Part shown: in pieces, positions 1 to 11,732 of the stretch
Layout of the letters: each line of letters opens with the position of its first letter
Position numbering within the stretch: the first letter of the stretch is position 1
DNA from: Eledone cirrhosa
Lineage: Eukaryota
Reading direction: 5' to 3'
DNA length: 64,000 bases
NCBI GenBank assembly: GCA_964016885.1
Contig: OZ024741.1
Span: 86,552,001 to 86,616,000 of the forward strand
Position numbers and translations under genes: made by a program
The notes under the pieces: model-generated
What the model saw: only the letters and a program-made list of their open reading frames with translations
Database searches by the model: none
What the model was told of the DNA's origin: nothing

Positions 1-150
1 AATGTGGTTGGTGTTAGGAAGGGCATCCAGCCGTAGAAAACCTGCCAGACAGTCCTATGCGAGCAAGACAACCACTCTTGCCTCAAGTGGGGAAACTCCC
101 GTCCAAACCCATGCAAGCGTGGAATATGGACGTTAAACGATGATGATGAT
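1..150 (+). mobile_element. 3' end of RTE LINE family B (3' UTR plus (GAT)n tail), runs off window start
   Basis: Matches the 3' UTR of the RTE copies at 33008 and 53692 (GGTTGGTGTTAGGAAGGGCATCCAGC...CATGCAAGCGTGGAA..GGACGTTAAACGATGATGAT). Confidence 0.85.
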
Positions 151-899
151 GGTTAAACAGAACAAGCAATGTCACAAGTTTAACTAATTAACTAATATTA
201 GAATACCCTAGGCATGGATAACAGAATGAGAACAATCTACCCCCATGGTCTGAATAAAGTGTTTGGTTAAGATTCCAAGAACATTATTGAATACAACAGA
301 TACCTGAAAAAAGCCCAGAGGGTATAATGGCTAAAATGTTATGGTGACAACATAGATGAGGACACAGGTCAGAAAAATTAATCTCTATATTTCTTCCTAA
401 CATTGGCACAAGATACTCAAAAGGATGAAAGCAAAGTTGACGTTGGTGAGATTTGAATTCAAAATTTAAAAAGCCATGATTAAATGCTGTAAATCATTTT
501 GTTTGGTGCTCTAATGATTCGGTCAATCCACTGCCCTCTGTATCAACTCTGTATGTGTTGGTTGCTTGGTCAGATTTCAGATGTTATGCTTTACATCGTA
601 TATAGAAAGGGGAGAGAGTTAAAGAGGAATAGAGAGAGGACTAACTTCTTGTTACCATATTTCCAATCAAAGACACACTGAGAATTTCCAAAGAACTTTG
701 AAAATAATTACGAATTTGGGGTAATTTAGTAATATAACTAACTTTTTTTTATTATTAAGCTTATGTTTGTAGCATAAAGTAACAAATATTCTAATGTTAA
801 ATTTATGATGGAAGGTTTTTAGATAAATATTAATACTTTAAAACAAAGTTTTGTATCATAAAATCAAGGATGGTTTGGGATAAAAAGGGTTGACATTAA

Positions 900-1119
900 C
901 CCTTTAATGTTCAAACTGGCCAAAACAGGCCAGAATTCTCTATCTCTTTCTATTGAAACTGGCTGTAACTGGTCGCTCAAACTGATGTTAAGGTATTGTT
1001 CTCAAAATAAATACTTTCAAAATCTCAAAGATTCGATATTATGTGAGATAATTATGCGAGGTAAAGCTTTTACCATGAAAATATAATAGTATACATAGAG
1101 CAATGTGAATACTAAAGGG
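900..1119. mobile_element. piggyBac-type MITE
   Basis: TTAA at 896-899 and 1120-1123 flanks imperfect TIRs CCCTTTAATGTTCA / TGAATACTAAAGGG. Related degraded ends occur near 800-893, 40150-40260 and 42630-42738. Confidence 0.6.
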
Positions 1120-1623
1120 TTAAAGGTGAAGTAAGAGTATACATATTGACTGAAGTGCACAAAGTCATTTATTTTCACTCTATATTTGTCAACAACTAGA
1201 ATAAACATTTATGAAAATATATACTCCTTTTCTCTATTTCTTTTGTATCCTTTTTTCCCTTTTCTCAAATTGCTGCTTTGTTTCAATACTGTATTTGTAG
1301 ACCTTATTAACTCTTAACATCCTAAAATGATTTAGCAGAAAATATCTAAAAACAAGTTTAATTCAAATGGTTATAGTACAGTATCTTTACTAGCAGACAG
1401 ATTGTTGTGAATATTTGCAGTATTTGGCTAAAAGACTTAAATTTGTAATTTGATATGGCCATTGTGCTGTTTTATACTTTTTAGTTTCAGAATATTTATG
1501 GTTATGGGGGTCTATCTCCAAAACCATAGGAGGAGTTCATGAACAAACAAACAAACAGACAGGAACTACAACTTTATATCTATCTATAATATTATAAAGC
1601 TGAGTGTTATGTGTATGTATTAT

Positions 1624-1970
1624 CATCATCATCATTTCATTTCATTTTACGTCCGCTTTTTCCCTGCTTGCAAGGGTGGGATGGGAACTGATTCTGGCTT
1701 GATTTCTACAGTTGGATGCCGTTCCTAACACCAACCTCATTTTACAGTGAGTGCTGGGTGCTTTTTTGCCGTGGCACCTCCACGACCACTTTACAGTGGA
1801 ATAATATGGACCCCAGTCTCTATCATCTCATTTCTACAGCTGAGTAAACTGGAGCAATGAGAAATAAAGTGTCTTGCTCAAGGAAACAACACATCACCCG
1901 GTCTGAGAATTGAACTCACAACCTTTCGATTGCAAGGCCAATGGTCTAACCACTAAGCCATGTGCTTCCA
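1624..1970 (-). mobile_element. tRNA-derived SINE family A, full length, nested in the Helitron
   Basis: Minus strand has A box TGGCTTAGTGG, B box GAGTTCAATTC, body CCTTGAGCAAGACACTT, an RTE-like tail and (ATG)n. Candidate TSD TATTAT at 1618-1623 and 1971-1976. Confidence 0.85.
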
Positions 1971-2198
1971 TATTATGTATGTATGTATGTATGTATCCTA
2001 CACACCTCCCTATAGTTTCTTAGCTTTACTCTCTCTGTTGCTCTTCACTCTCTAATATTATAAAGCTGAGCGTCGTCTCTTTCTCTCTTTCTTTCACCCT
2101 CTCTATAATTTAACTGCTTTACTCTCTGTTTCTCTTCACTCTCTATATGACAACACTCTTTTAATTTCCGTATCTACCTTTAATATATCAATATATAC

Positions 2199-2445
2199 CC
2201 AGGTTCTGCTGCACGTCGGGCTGAGGGGGCCAAGCTCCTCAAATACCGGTCGCTCTCTGACAGGTTTGCAGTCGTACCCCTGGCAGTGGAGACTTCTGGT
2301 GTCCTCGGCCCCCAGGGCTACCTCCTTACTCACCACCATAGGCGCTGAGCTGGCCAGCCGCAGGTGTGAGCCCCTCGAGTTGGAGTGGCTTTTCCAGCGC
2401 GTCTCCCTTGCCGTCCTCCGGTGAAACTCCTTCTCCATTCTGTCC
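2199..2445 (+). pseudogene. Fragment of the restriction-like endonuclease C-terminus of a CRE-clade non-LTR element
   Basis: Manual translation with one frameshift and one stop: PGSAARRAEGAKLLKYRSLSDRFAVVPLAVETSGVLGP / TSLLTTIGAELASRRCEPLELEWLFQRVSLAVLR*NSFSIL, giving the K..KY, P.AVET.G and FQR.S.A..RGN motifs. Confidence 0.7.
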
Positions 2446-2802
2446 GCCGAGAGAGATACAATTAAAGTGTTAGTTATTCAGAGACAGAGAGAGAGAGTCG
2501 GAAGGACAATGTGACACGGGAGGGTGTGTGGTATCTTTGCAGTGGAGTGGTGGGGCAGATATACCTAGCCGGGCGCCGGCCAGACGAGCCAGCTAGTATA
2601 TAGATATAAACAGAATTTCATGAAGGAGAATCAAATTACACTTATCAACAATGTTTATTCTTTACAAATTGTTTCATATGGCAAAATATTTTAACGGTGC
2701 AAATTTCAAAATGGAGGGAAGAATATGAAATCACCGATAAATATATATCTCCAGATCTTCATAAGAGGAAAACAAATGTTCATAAGGATGTCAATATATA
2801 TA

Positions 2803-4096
2803 CAGGGTGTGGATGATATTTGTTCACAATTTTCAACTGCTAATTTTATGCAAATTTTATTTACTACCGTTGACACTCTTGTCTTCATAAAAACAGTGAC
2901 TATATTTCCATTATTTATTTTCAGAATAATTGATTATGAATAATTTTGAACCTCCAAATTTGTGGAAGAGACACGGAGTTCTTGGAATCCGCGCCGGGAG
3001 GACAAATAAGGACATCTCAGACTTTCTCAGCGTCAGCAGGAGAATGGTGGAAAAGGTCAGAAAGGAATTGGAAGATTCAGGATTCGACTACGAAGCAACA
3101 TCAGAGAGGAAAACACATGATCGACGATCTGACGCCTTCAGAACGCCCGAGTTCGTCACTGAAGTTCAGGATATCATCAACAATGAACCTAGCAAGTCGA
3201 TGTGTGCCATTGCAAGGGAGAAAGGCGTGGATGAAAAGCTCATTAGGCTGGTGGTACATGAAGACATTCGCTATGTTTCACACAAGATGAGGAAAGGACA
3301 ATTTCTGTCAAAGGCGATGCAAGAAAAGCGACTGAAGCACGCAAAGAAGCTGATCAACAAGTTGAAACACCCACTGGAGCCAGACATGCTGTGGTTTTTC
3401 TCCGACGAGAAAACTTCTGCCAAGTCCAGAAGATCAACTCCCAGAACAACAGGTGGCTCGCTGTCTCATCCAAAGACGTGCCCAGAGTCATGCATCATGC
3501 AGACAAAGTTTCCAGCGACAACATTGGTCTTAGGTGTCGTCATGCCACCTCACTTCTTCCCTGAGGGCCTCAAGCTGAACACCGATGGCTACATCCGTGT
3601 TCTGAGCGAGCTAGTAAAGCCCTGGATCGACCAGGTAGCTGCAGGTAGGCCGTACGTGTGGTAGCAAGACTCAGCGCCCTACCATACCAGCTGAAAGACC
3701 CAAGCCTGGCTGTCAGAAAACTTCGTCAACCACACATCACCCGACATCTGGCCTCCCAGCTCGCCCGACTGCAACCCCCTCGAGTTCTTTGTGTGGGGCG
3801 CGCAGTGGAACGAGACACCAACAGATCTAGCTGCAATACGAAAGACGATCTGAAGGCCAGGATTACAAGTGCCTTTATGGGCCTAAGTCGGGCGACAGTG
3901 ACAAAGGCCTGTAGCTGGTTCCGAGGCTGCCTTGAGGCCGTCATCAAAGCCAATGGCGGGTTTATAGAGTGAGATCGAAAGAACAAGTCATGACGACAAA
4001 CTGACCCAAGTTTGATAAATATATCTTAAAAAATAAAACTACTGTGTTATTTTTTCCTAGACAGTAATCTTGCGAACAAATATCGTCCGCACCCTG
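2803..4096 (+). mobile_element. Tc1/mariner element, maT/DD37-type, defective transposase (2936-3972)
   Basis: TA then TIR CAGGGTGTGGATGATATTTTGTTCACAA; right TIR TTGCGAACAAATATCGTCCGCACCCTG. Motifs WFFSDEK, W*QDSAPYH and WPPSSPDCNPLEFFVWG, with 37 codons between the 2nd and 3rd acidic residues. Frameshifts and stops present. Confidence 0.88.
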
Positions 4097-4475
4097 TCAA
4101 CTGCTGCAAGGGTAAAGGAGATGCCCTAAAGAGAAGTATTTACAGAGGCATAAAGCTGACTGACCAGTTAATGAAAGTTACAGAAGAGTCATTGCACAAC
4201 TGATTAAAGATCGTATACACCTAGATGAGATGCAGTTTCGATTTGTGTCAGGGGAAATAGCACCACCGACGCCCTCTTCTTAGTGAGGCAAATGCAGAAG
4301 TACTTGGCTAAAAGCAACCATTCCACCTAGCATTCATGGACCTAGAGAAAGCTTTTCACAGAGTCCCTCAACCCATAATATGGTGGGCCCTCAAAAAACA
4401 AGGCATAGATGAGTGGCTCATGAGATCAGTACAGGCCATGTACAGAGGGGCCACCAGCAAAGTTAAAATCAACAA
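4097..4475 (+). pseudogene. RTE LINE RT fragment
   Basis: Degenerate NC.KGKGDAL...YRGIKL...DEMQF.FV...DLEKAF.RVP...WWAL, homologous to the ORF at 18903. Confidence 0.8.
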
Positions 4476-4659
4476 CTTTGCAAGCACTTTTAATTGATCT
4501 ACTAATTGTCACTCTAATACATCCTTCATATGGTTATAATAAGCTAACATGTCAAATCTTTTTTCCATGTTGAAGGTTCGGGCCGCTACAGCACTTTAAA
4601 CACTACCTGTCATACACATCTTGTTACAGCTGACTGGTTCTATAATGCAGTTGGGACGT

Positions 4660-5580
4660 GAGGACAAATTGGAGGCTCAATATGCAACAAAGTTTTGTGC
4701 TAAGCTCGGCAAAAACACTGCAGAAACCTATGAAATGGTCAAAACTGCATACAGAGTAACTATCTTTTGACGATTGCTAAACAATTTGAAGTGGCTGAGG
4801 GGATTGTGCACGGAATAATTCATGACGATCTGAACATGCGCAAAGTTTGATCCCAGGGTGCTCAATGAAGATCAAAGGCAGAGGCGTGTTGATGACAGCA
4901 GGGAGATAGTCGAGTTGATCGCTTTGAATCCAAGTATTCTTGAGTCTCTGGTAATTTGTTACGAGAGCTGGGTATACTGTTATAATTCAGAGACCAAGAG
5001 ACAGAATCCCAGTGCAAATATTTTGACTTCGTAAGATTCAAGAAGGCCAGGCAAAGCAGGTCCAATGGGAAGCTTATGATGATCCCATTCTTTGACAGAA
5101 AGGAGCATCATCTACATCTACTGTGTCTCACGGGGCCAGACAGTCAAGAAAGAGTACTACGTAAAGGTTTTGAGGCAGTTCAGAAAGAGATTTCCTCGCA
5201 AGAGACCAGAACTCTTCAAGTCTGGTCACTGGCAGCTGCACCAGGACAATACCCTCTGACACAAATCCATCCTGGTTACTAACTAATTGATCGCTATGGG
5301 GATCAATCTTCCCTACAGTCCAGGCTTAGCCCCATGTGACTTCTGGATATTCCTGAAGCTGAAGAAGCTCAGGAATATCGGGTTTAAGGATGTGGAGGAG
5401 ATGAAGGAGGTTGTGACAAGCACCCTGGCCTTCTACACTTTGAAGGACTACAAGAAAGCCTTCCAGAAGTGGCTGGAGTGCTACAACATGTGCATTGAAG
5501 TTGGAGGATCCTACTTTGAGGGAAACTAGAGTTTGGTGTTGATCTAAGTTAAATAAATGTCTCTCTGATAAGTCTCAAAA
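4660..5580 (+). mobile_element. Degraded mariner (DD34D-type) transposon
   Basis: N-terminal KFCAKLGKNTAETYEMVKTAY; C-terminal PYSPGLAPCDFWIF (YSPDLAPCDF motif) and C.EVGGSYFE. Confidence 0.75.
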
Positions 5581-5994
5581 CAGTTTTGTAATGTTATAGG
5601 CATAGTGAATTCATATATTTTTTATTTATTGATACATTTTTATTTATCCCAACTTTAGAATAGATCCATTGTATCTTTGTGTGCTGTATCAGGAAAGGTA
5701 CCTGGCTATAAAACATTGCTTCAAAACATCCTGTCCAAGCCATAGCAACATGGAGAAAGGGATGTAAAAACAATGATGATGATGATTACCTACTGTTACT
5801 CACAGTGGTAAACATAGATTATCAATCAGAACTAAACCAATGATCATTGTGAGACATTAAACCATTCAATTCAGAATATATATTTAGACTTTTTGGTCAT
5901 TGTAAGAAAGGTAGACCAGAATTTACTGAAGCAGCTTTACAACTAAAATCTGAATCTAACGTAAATTGTTTTTTGTTTTGTTTAAAAATAAATG

Positions 5995-7575
5995 CAACCA
6001 TGCCTCTCCTGGTCTTGATGGTGTTACGTACCTGCTTCTCAAATGTGGTGGGTACTTCCTTCCACACCAGCTATCACGTTTCTTTCAATTCTATCTGGTG
6101 GAAAACTGCCAGTGTCATTCCGCTGTTCAAAAAGGGTGACCGCACATCACTTGTCAACTCTCATCCAGTCAGTCTTACTAGCTGCATTGCCAAACTGATG
6201 GAATCTTGTGTCAGAGAAACACTTTGGAACTTCTGGAACTCTCACAGACTTATCCGGCCCTTGCAATTTAGATTTATCCCTAACTCCAGCTGCTGTGATT
6301 AACTTATCGAGTTTCTTGCAGACATCGCCCGGATCACTGATGGCGGCTCATGGGTGGATGTTGTTTACCTTGACTTTGCTAAAGCTTTCAATTCTGTGCC
6401 ACACAAAAGACTTATGACAAAACTCTCTGCAATGGGTGTGAAAGATGATCTTTTTAACTGGTTGAAGTCCTTCATTCTCAATCAAAGAGAGGTAGTCACG
6501 GTTCTAGGACAGCATTCCTCACTGTATGAAATGTCATCTGGTGTACCACAGGGATCTGTTCTTGGCCCCTTTTTGTTTGTGGCATATATTAATGACATAG
6601 ATACCAACTTAAAGAATGCCACAGTACTGAAATATGCAGATGACATCAAGCTGAACCTTGAGATAAAAAGGACAGATCTTGAACACTATAGATCTTTCCT
6701 GCAAACAATGCAACAATGGATCATGGACTGGCAACTCAAGTTGGCTGTGGACAAGTGCACCACCATGCATTTTGGGAGTAAAAACCCAGCGTCCACATAC
6801 TCCCTCCACAGCACTAATATCAAGAAGTCTTCTTGTGAACGTGACCTGGGCATTACGGTCAGCAGAGATTTGCGTTGGACGAAGCACATCTCTAAAATTG
6901 TCAAGAGGGCTGAGGGTGTCTTAGCATCACTCAGCAAGACCTTTGTCAGCCGCTCTCCAGCTATCTATTTAAGGCTGTACATGGCTATGGTGCGACCACA
7001 CTTAGAATTTGCATCACCAGTCTGGAACCCCTATCTTGCTCAGAACATTGACCTCCTGGAAACTGTTCAGAGACGTGCAACCAAGCGAATACTCTCCATC
7101 AGGCATCTACCATACTCTGAACGCCTTGCTTCCCTGGGCATGGATACATTGAAGCTCCTACGTCTGGCAACTTACTTGGTAAACACCCACAAAATTATTA
7201 ACCATCTTGCTAACAACAACCCTGAGTACCTTTTTGATTACTATGTGTCTAACACACGTGGACATGCCTACAGAGTCAGAAAACAGCACAGTTCCCATGA
7301 CTTTCGGGAACATTTTTTCAAGCTCAGAGTTGCTGAAGCATGGAACAAACTACCTGCATCAGTTATTAGCTGTCGAGACACTACATCCTTTAAAACCTCC
7401 ATGTTTCCTGAGATTCGCCAACACTACATCTGATGTCCTCCCTCCATACACATGCACACATGTATTTCATGACTCGTACACTGTTCATTTTCCTGACATT
7501 TGTACATTATTCTATGTACTATACATGCACCTTTGATGAGTTGTAGTGCATCTGAGCACTGTACACAATAATTTC
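5995..7575 (+). mobile_element. 5'-truncated CR1/L2-group LINE (RT ORF 6354-7433 plus 3' UTR)
   Basis: WKTASVIPLFKKGDR, VYLDFAKAF, SGVPQGSVLGP, YADD, VRPHLEF, VQRRATK and WNKLP motifs; frameshifted upstream. Confidence 0.88.
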
Positions 7576-7597
7576 ATGCCCCGGAAAAGTACAACAG

Positions 7598-9122
7598 ATG
7601 GCCTCTACAAGAGTAGTTCTTAGAGAAGAATAAGCCACTATACTTAGCTTTTGTTGACCTAGAGAAGTCCTTTGATAGGGTACCCCGATCTGTCATCTGG
7701 TGGTCCCTAAGGAAACTAGGTGTAGAGGAATGGCTTGTGAGGACAGTGCAAGCTATGTACAGGGGTGCTGTCAGTAAAGTGAGAGTAGGCATGGAGTTTA
7801 ATGAGGAATTCCAGATACAAGTAGGTGTACATCAGGGTTCGGTCCTCAGCTAGCTCTTGTTCATTATAGTCCTCCAAGCCATAACAGAGGAGTTTAAGAC
7901 TGGCTGTCCGTGGGAACTTCTCTATGCTGATGATCTGGTTCTCATAGCAGAATCAGTAGAGGAGCTACAGAAGAAATTCTGGCTCTGGAAACAGCAGTTG
8001 GAAGCAAGAGGTCTGAGAGTGAACATCATTTCATTCATTTCATTTTACGTCCGCTTTTTCCCTGCTTGCAAGGGTGGGACGGGAACTGATTCTAGCTTGA
8101 TTTCTACAGCTGGATGCCCTTCCTAACACCAACTTCATTTACAGTGAGTGCTGGGTGCTTTTTTGCCGTGGCACCTCCACGACCACTTTGCAGTGGAATG
8201 ATATGGACCCCAGTCCCTATCATCTCATTTCTACAGCTGAGTAAACTGGAGCAATGTGGAATAAAGTGTCTTGCTCAAGGAAACAACACATCAGGGAAAT
8301 GGCCATGTTCGATATGTAGGAAAGGAACTGGCATAAATTTCATAAAATGTACGCAATGTAGATCTTGGGTACACAAGAGATGTAGTGGGATAGCAGGCAA
8401 ACTAACAGGTAGGGAAAACTACGTATGCAGTAGATTTACAGGGAAAGTTGGCAGTAGTAATCGCAGTGATAGACACATTTTTCCAATGCAGGTGGGTTCT
8501 ATAGAAGTGGTTCATAGCTTCCGGTACCTAGGTGATCAGATTAGCATGGGAGGAAGGTGTTCCGAGGCCATAATATCTAGAATAAGGATGGGTTGGCAGA
8601 AGTTTAGGGAGCTGCTTCCTCTGTTGACAAAAAAGAGTTTCTCCCTGCATACGAAAGGACGGTTATATGATGCCTGTGTGAGGATGCTGCATGGTAGTGA
8701 GACATGGGCAGCAACTGCAGAGGATATGCGACGGCTGGAGAGATATGAAGCAAGTATGCTCTGTTGGATGTGCAATGTCAATGTGCGTGAACAACCAAGC
8801 ATAGAGAAGTTGAGAAAGAAACTGGGTATAAGAGGGATAAGTTGTGGTGTGCAGGAGAGAAGGCCGAGATGGTATGGACATGTGATGCGCATGGAGGATG
8901 ACCGCTGGGTAAAGAAGTGCCAAGAAATCCCAGTAGAAGGAAGACACAGTAGAGGTAAACCACAAAAAACAACATGGGCGGAGGTGGTGAGAGCAGACCC
9001 CGGATCGCTGAAACTCACCGAGGAGATGACAAAGGACCATGACAAGTGGAGAGATGTTGTGCTGAATAGGACCCGTCCAACCCTTGCAAGCAGGGAAAAG
9101 CGGACGTAAAATGATGATGATG
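7598..9122 (+). mobile_element. 5'-truncated RTE LINE family C interrupted by a SINE
   Basis: AFVDLEK, GCPWELLYADD, WPCSIC..WVHKRC, HGSETW and RWYGHV motifs; ends CCCTTGCAAGCAGGGAAAAGCGGACGTAAAATGATGATG. Confidence 0.85.
8024..8293 (-). mobile_element. SINE family A lacking its tRNA head, inside the family C RTE
   Basis: Near-identical to 1630-1895. Confidence 0.85.
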
Positions 9123-9276
9123 ATTATTATTAATGATCCACCCTTATGTTATTGTGACAATATTTATATTTTGTATTGGTATGAATCAATATTTGTGCAA
9201 TGTTTCTGAATTTGTAAGGATATAATCTGTTATCTTGATTACCTCATGTGTATTTAATATGTATTTAAGGTGTCTC

Positions 9277-9515
9277 GACAAAAAGCACCCAGCCCACATG
9301 GTAAAGTGGTCATGCAGCAGTCATGACAAAAAACTCCCAGCACACACTGTAAATATGGTTGGCGTTAGGAAGGGCATCCAGCCATAGAAACCAAGCTAAA
9401 AACAGTCCTGTGTGAGCATGACATCTTCACCTGACCCAACTTGCCTCAAACTGGACAACCCGGCTAACCCATGCTTGTGTGGAAAAATGGACATTAAGCA
9501 GTGAGGATGATGATT
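9277..9515 (+). mobile_element. Older RTE/SINE 3' UTR fragment
   Basis: AAAAAGCACCCAGCCCACA...GGTTGGCGTTAGGAAGGGCATCCAGCC...GGAAAAATGGACATTAA..GATGATG. Confidence 0.7.
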
Positions 9516-9689
9516 AGACAACATTTATTACTTACATCTGTTTTTAACAGGAATTTGATAGTAGCCCATCTGAAATCAACCCTAGTTCTAAAGTACAATG
9601 CTGCTTAATTTAAAGTGTCTATATTTATCTAAAAACCTTCCATAATAAGTTTAAGTCAGAATATTTGTTAAAATAATAATGATAATAAT

Positions 9690-9753
9690 AATAATGAAAT
9701 TATTGTGTAAAGTGCTCAGGTGCACTACAACTCGTCAAAGGTGCATGTATAGT
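9690..9753 (-). mobile_element. 3' tip of the CR1/L2-group family seen at 5995-7575
   Basis: Near reverse complement of 7517-7577 (GTGCTCAGGTGCACTACAACTCGTCAAAGGTGCATGTATAGT) with a (TAA)n tail. Confidence 0.75.
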
Positions 9754-10022
9754 GTTATATTCCATAAACCAACCTAATAGTGAGAAAATTACTGATCCTA
9801 GTGTCTGTATTTATCTAAAAATCTTCCATCATAATTTTTTGTCAGAGCCTTTATTAAGTTATGCTTCAAATATCAACTTAATAATGAGAAAATTACCAAA
9901 CACCTCTAAATTCTTGATTATTTTCAGAATGATTTGAAAATCATAGTTTTATTAGAAATATGGTAATAAAAGGGTTATATAGGCAAATTACTGAAAAGAA
10001 AAGAAAAAAGAAAAAAATTTAC

Positions 10023-10113
10023 CTGATGTATCCCAAACAGACATTTCAATTTTATATGTATCAGATACATCATATGTAGCATTATAAGTATTAAATCCGG
10101 TTGGAGCATATGT
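10023..10113 (-). CDS. Internal coding exon of a Rnd/RhoE-like atypical Rho-family GTPase (switch I to G3)
   Basis: Acceptor ttattttcAG (10114-10115), donor GTaaat (10021-10022), 91 nt, phase 0 to 1. Encodes TYAPTGFNTYNATYDVSDTYKIEMSVWDTS(G), like Rnd3 [30 protein letters not shown]; DTSG rather than DTAG is Rnd-typical. Confidence 0.85.
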
Positions 10114-10212
10114 CTGAAAATAACATAAGAAAAATTAGATCATAAACATAAACAATACATTTCAGTTGACTTAGTTGGATGGAAACTGTGTCTGTCTCAT
10201 ACACACATATAT

Positions 10213-11187
10213 CAGTACCCTTACCTAAAAGTAAGGGTACTCATTTTCCTATGTACAACGTGGTAATGAAGTAACTTGATGTATATAGGCATGTTGGTTA
10301 TGATTTTGACTGCACATACATACTTGTTTCAACATGATCGATTGAGTCAGTTGTGAGTTATTGCTCTCTTTGTACAAACCTGTTTATAACACGTTATATT
10401 TACAATGCAGGAAAATATTGAAATGTAAGTGATCAAATTTTGTGTGAAACTCAACAAATCTACCACCAAAACATTTAATTCTTTAACACAAGCTTAATAG
10501 AGATGCTACTATCAAGAAGCATGGTTTTTTCAAAGAGGGCTGAAAAAATGTTGAAGATGAACCTTATTCTGGAAGGCCAATCTCATCAACAAATGAATAA
10601 CATGTGGAAGTGGTGTGAGCAATGATGGCGAAAGATCGTCGATTAAGTGTTAGGATGATTGCAGAAGAAATGGGCTTGGATAAAAATGCAGTTCACAGAA
10701 TTTTAACAGACAATTTACATGTGCAAAAAATTTGTGCAAAACTAGTGCCCAAACACTTGTCTGTGGAGCAAAAAGCAAACCAATTGGAAATTTATCAGAA
10801 TTTGTTAGAAGGACTCAAAATTGAGTCAAATTTTTTGGATAAAGTAATAGCAGGAGATGAATCATGAGTGTTTAAGTACAATACAGAGACAAAACAGCAG
10901 AGTGAGGAGTCGCACATCAAAAGAAAGTACACGTGAGCAGATCCAGAGTGAAAACGATGATTATCATTTTCTTTGACAGCCGTGGTAGTGTTCATAAAGA
11001 ATTTTTACCTCCAGGACAGACAGTTAATCGCACCTTCTACAAAGATGTTGTGCGGCCACTCATGCACCCACTCACACATCACTTTCAATTAGAGAATTTC
11101 TGGTGAAGAAAACTTGTAATTTCATGTATGTCTAATAATATACATTTATATAAAACATCAGTACCCCTACTTTTAGGACAAACCTTA
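10213..11187 (+). mobile_element. Internally deleted mariner remnant
   Basis: DRRLSVRMIAEEMGL..VHRIL...KICAKLVPK.L and IAGDES motifs; TIR cores CCTAAAAGTAAGGGTACT (left) and AGTACCCCTACTTTTAGG (right). Confidence 0.75.
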
Positions 11188-11190
11188 TAT

Positions 11191-11288
11191 ATATTTAATA
11201 TAGAAATGGCTTCTACAGGACTAGAACTGTTTCATTCCTTTGAATGAAACAGTTCTAGTCCTGTTGAAGTCATTTCTATATTAAATAT
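11191..11288. repeat. Near-perfect inverted repeat (~47-bp arms, 4-nt loop)
   Basis: ATATTTAATATAGAAATGGC...GTTTCATTC-CTTT-GAATGAAAC...TTTCTATATTAAATAT, about 2 mismatches. Confidence 0.9.
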
Positions 11289-11540
11289 TTATACTCTGCT
11301 ATGTATTGAGTACCTTACTGTGGTTACCCCCAATTGAACCTGGCATACACATACACACACACATATATATATATATAGATATATACTACTACTAATAATA
11401 AATACAAAGATCAAAATCCTGAGAGTACTTGATAAGGATGTATATATATATAATTATATATAAACCTATAGAACAAATATTTATTATTAGCACAGATTAA
11501 AAGTTTAAACAAATAATTTCTGCTTTCACCCTGAGTGGGA

Positions 11541-11732
11541 TCAGGATGTGGGAGATATCAAGTCTACCCATAGGCATAATGAATGACTAAAAATTAATAT
11601 GAAAATTAATGGTTATTTACTATATCACTTTAACAATGCTACTTTCTTTAGTGTTAAATAACTGTTATTTTTCATATTAATTTTTAGTCACTTACTATCC
11701 CAATGGGTAGATTTGAAATATTCCCCATCCTG
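11541..11732. mobile_element. Old palindromic MITE-like element
   Basis: Imperfect ~80-bp inverted arms: CAGGATG..TCTACCCAT..TGACTAAAAATTAATATGAAAA versus TTTTCATATTAATTTTTAGTCA..ATGGGTAGA..CATCCTG. Confidence 0.55.

Larger units (their letters stand above)
1579..2596 (+). mobile_element. Non-autonomous Helitron
   Basis: Sits between A1578 and T2597. 5' end TCTATCTATAATATTATAAAGCTGAG followed by (GTAT)n; 3' hairpin GCCGG-GCG-CCGGC (2568-2580) 12 nt before terminal CTAG (2593-2596); no TSD. Confidence 0.8.

Noticed and set aside
1900-1970. tRNA gene
   Set aside because: The A and B boxes belong to a multicopy SINE head; no complete cloverleaf.
9534-9567. AG/GT-bounded 34-nt minus-strand segment as the next Rnd exon
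   Set aside because: Splicing gives DTSD followed by a stop and no Rho similarity; it lies in a degraded MITE-like end.
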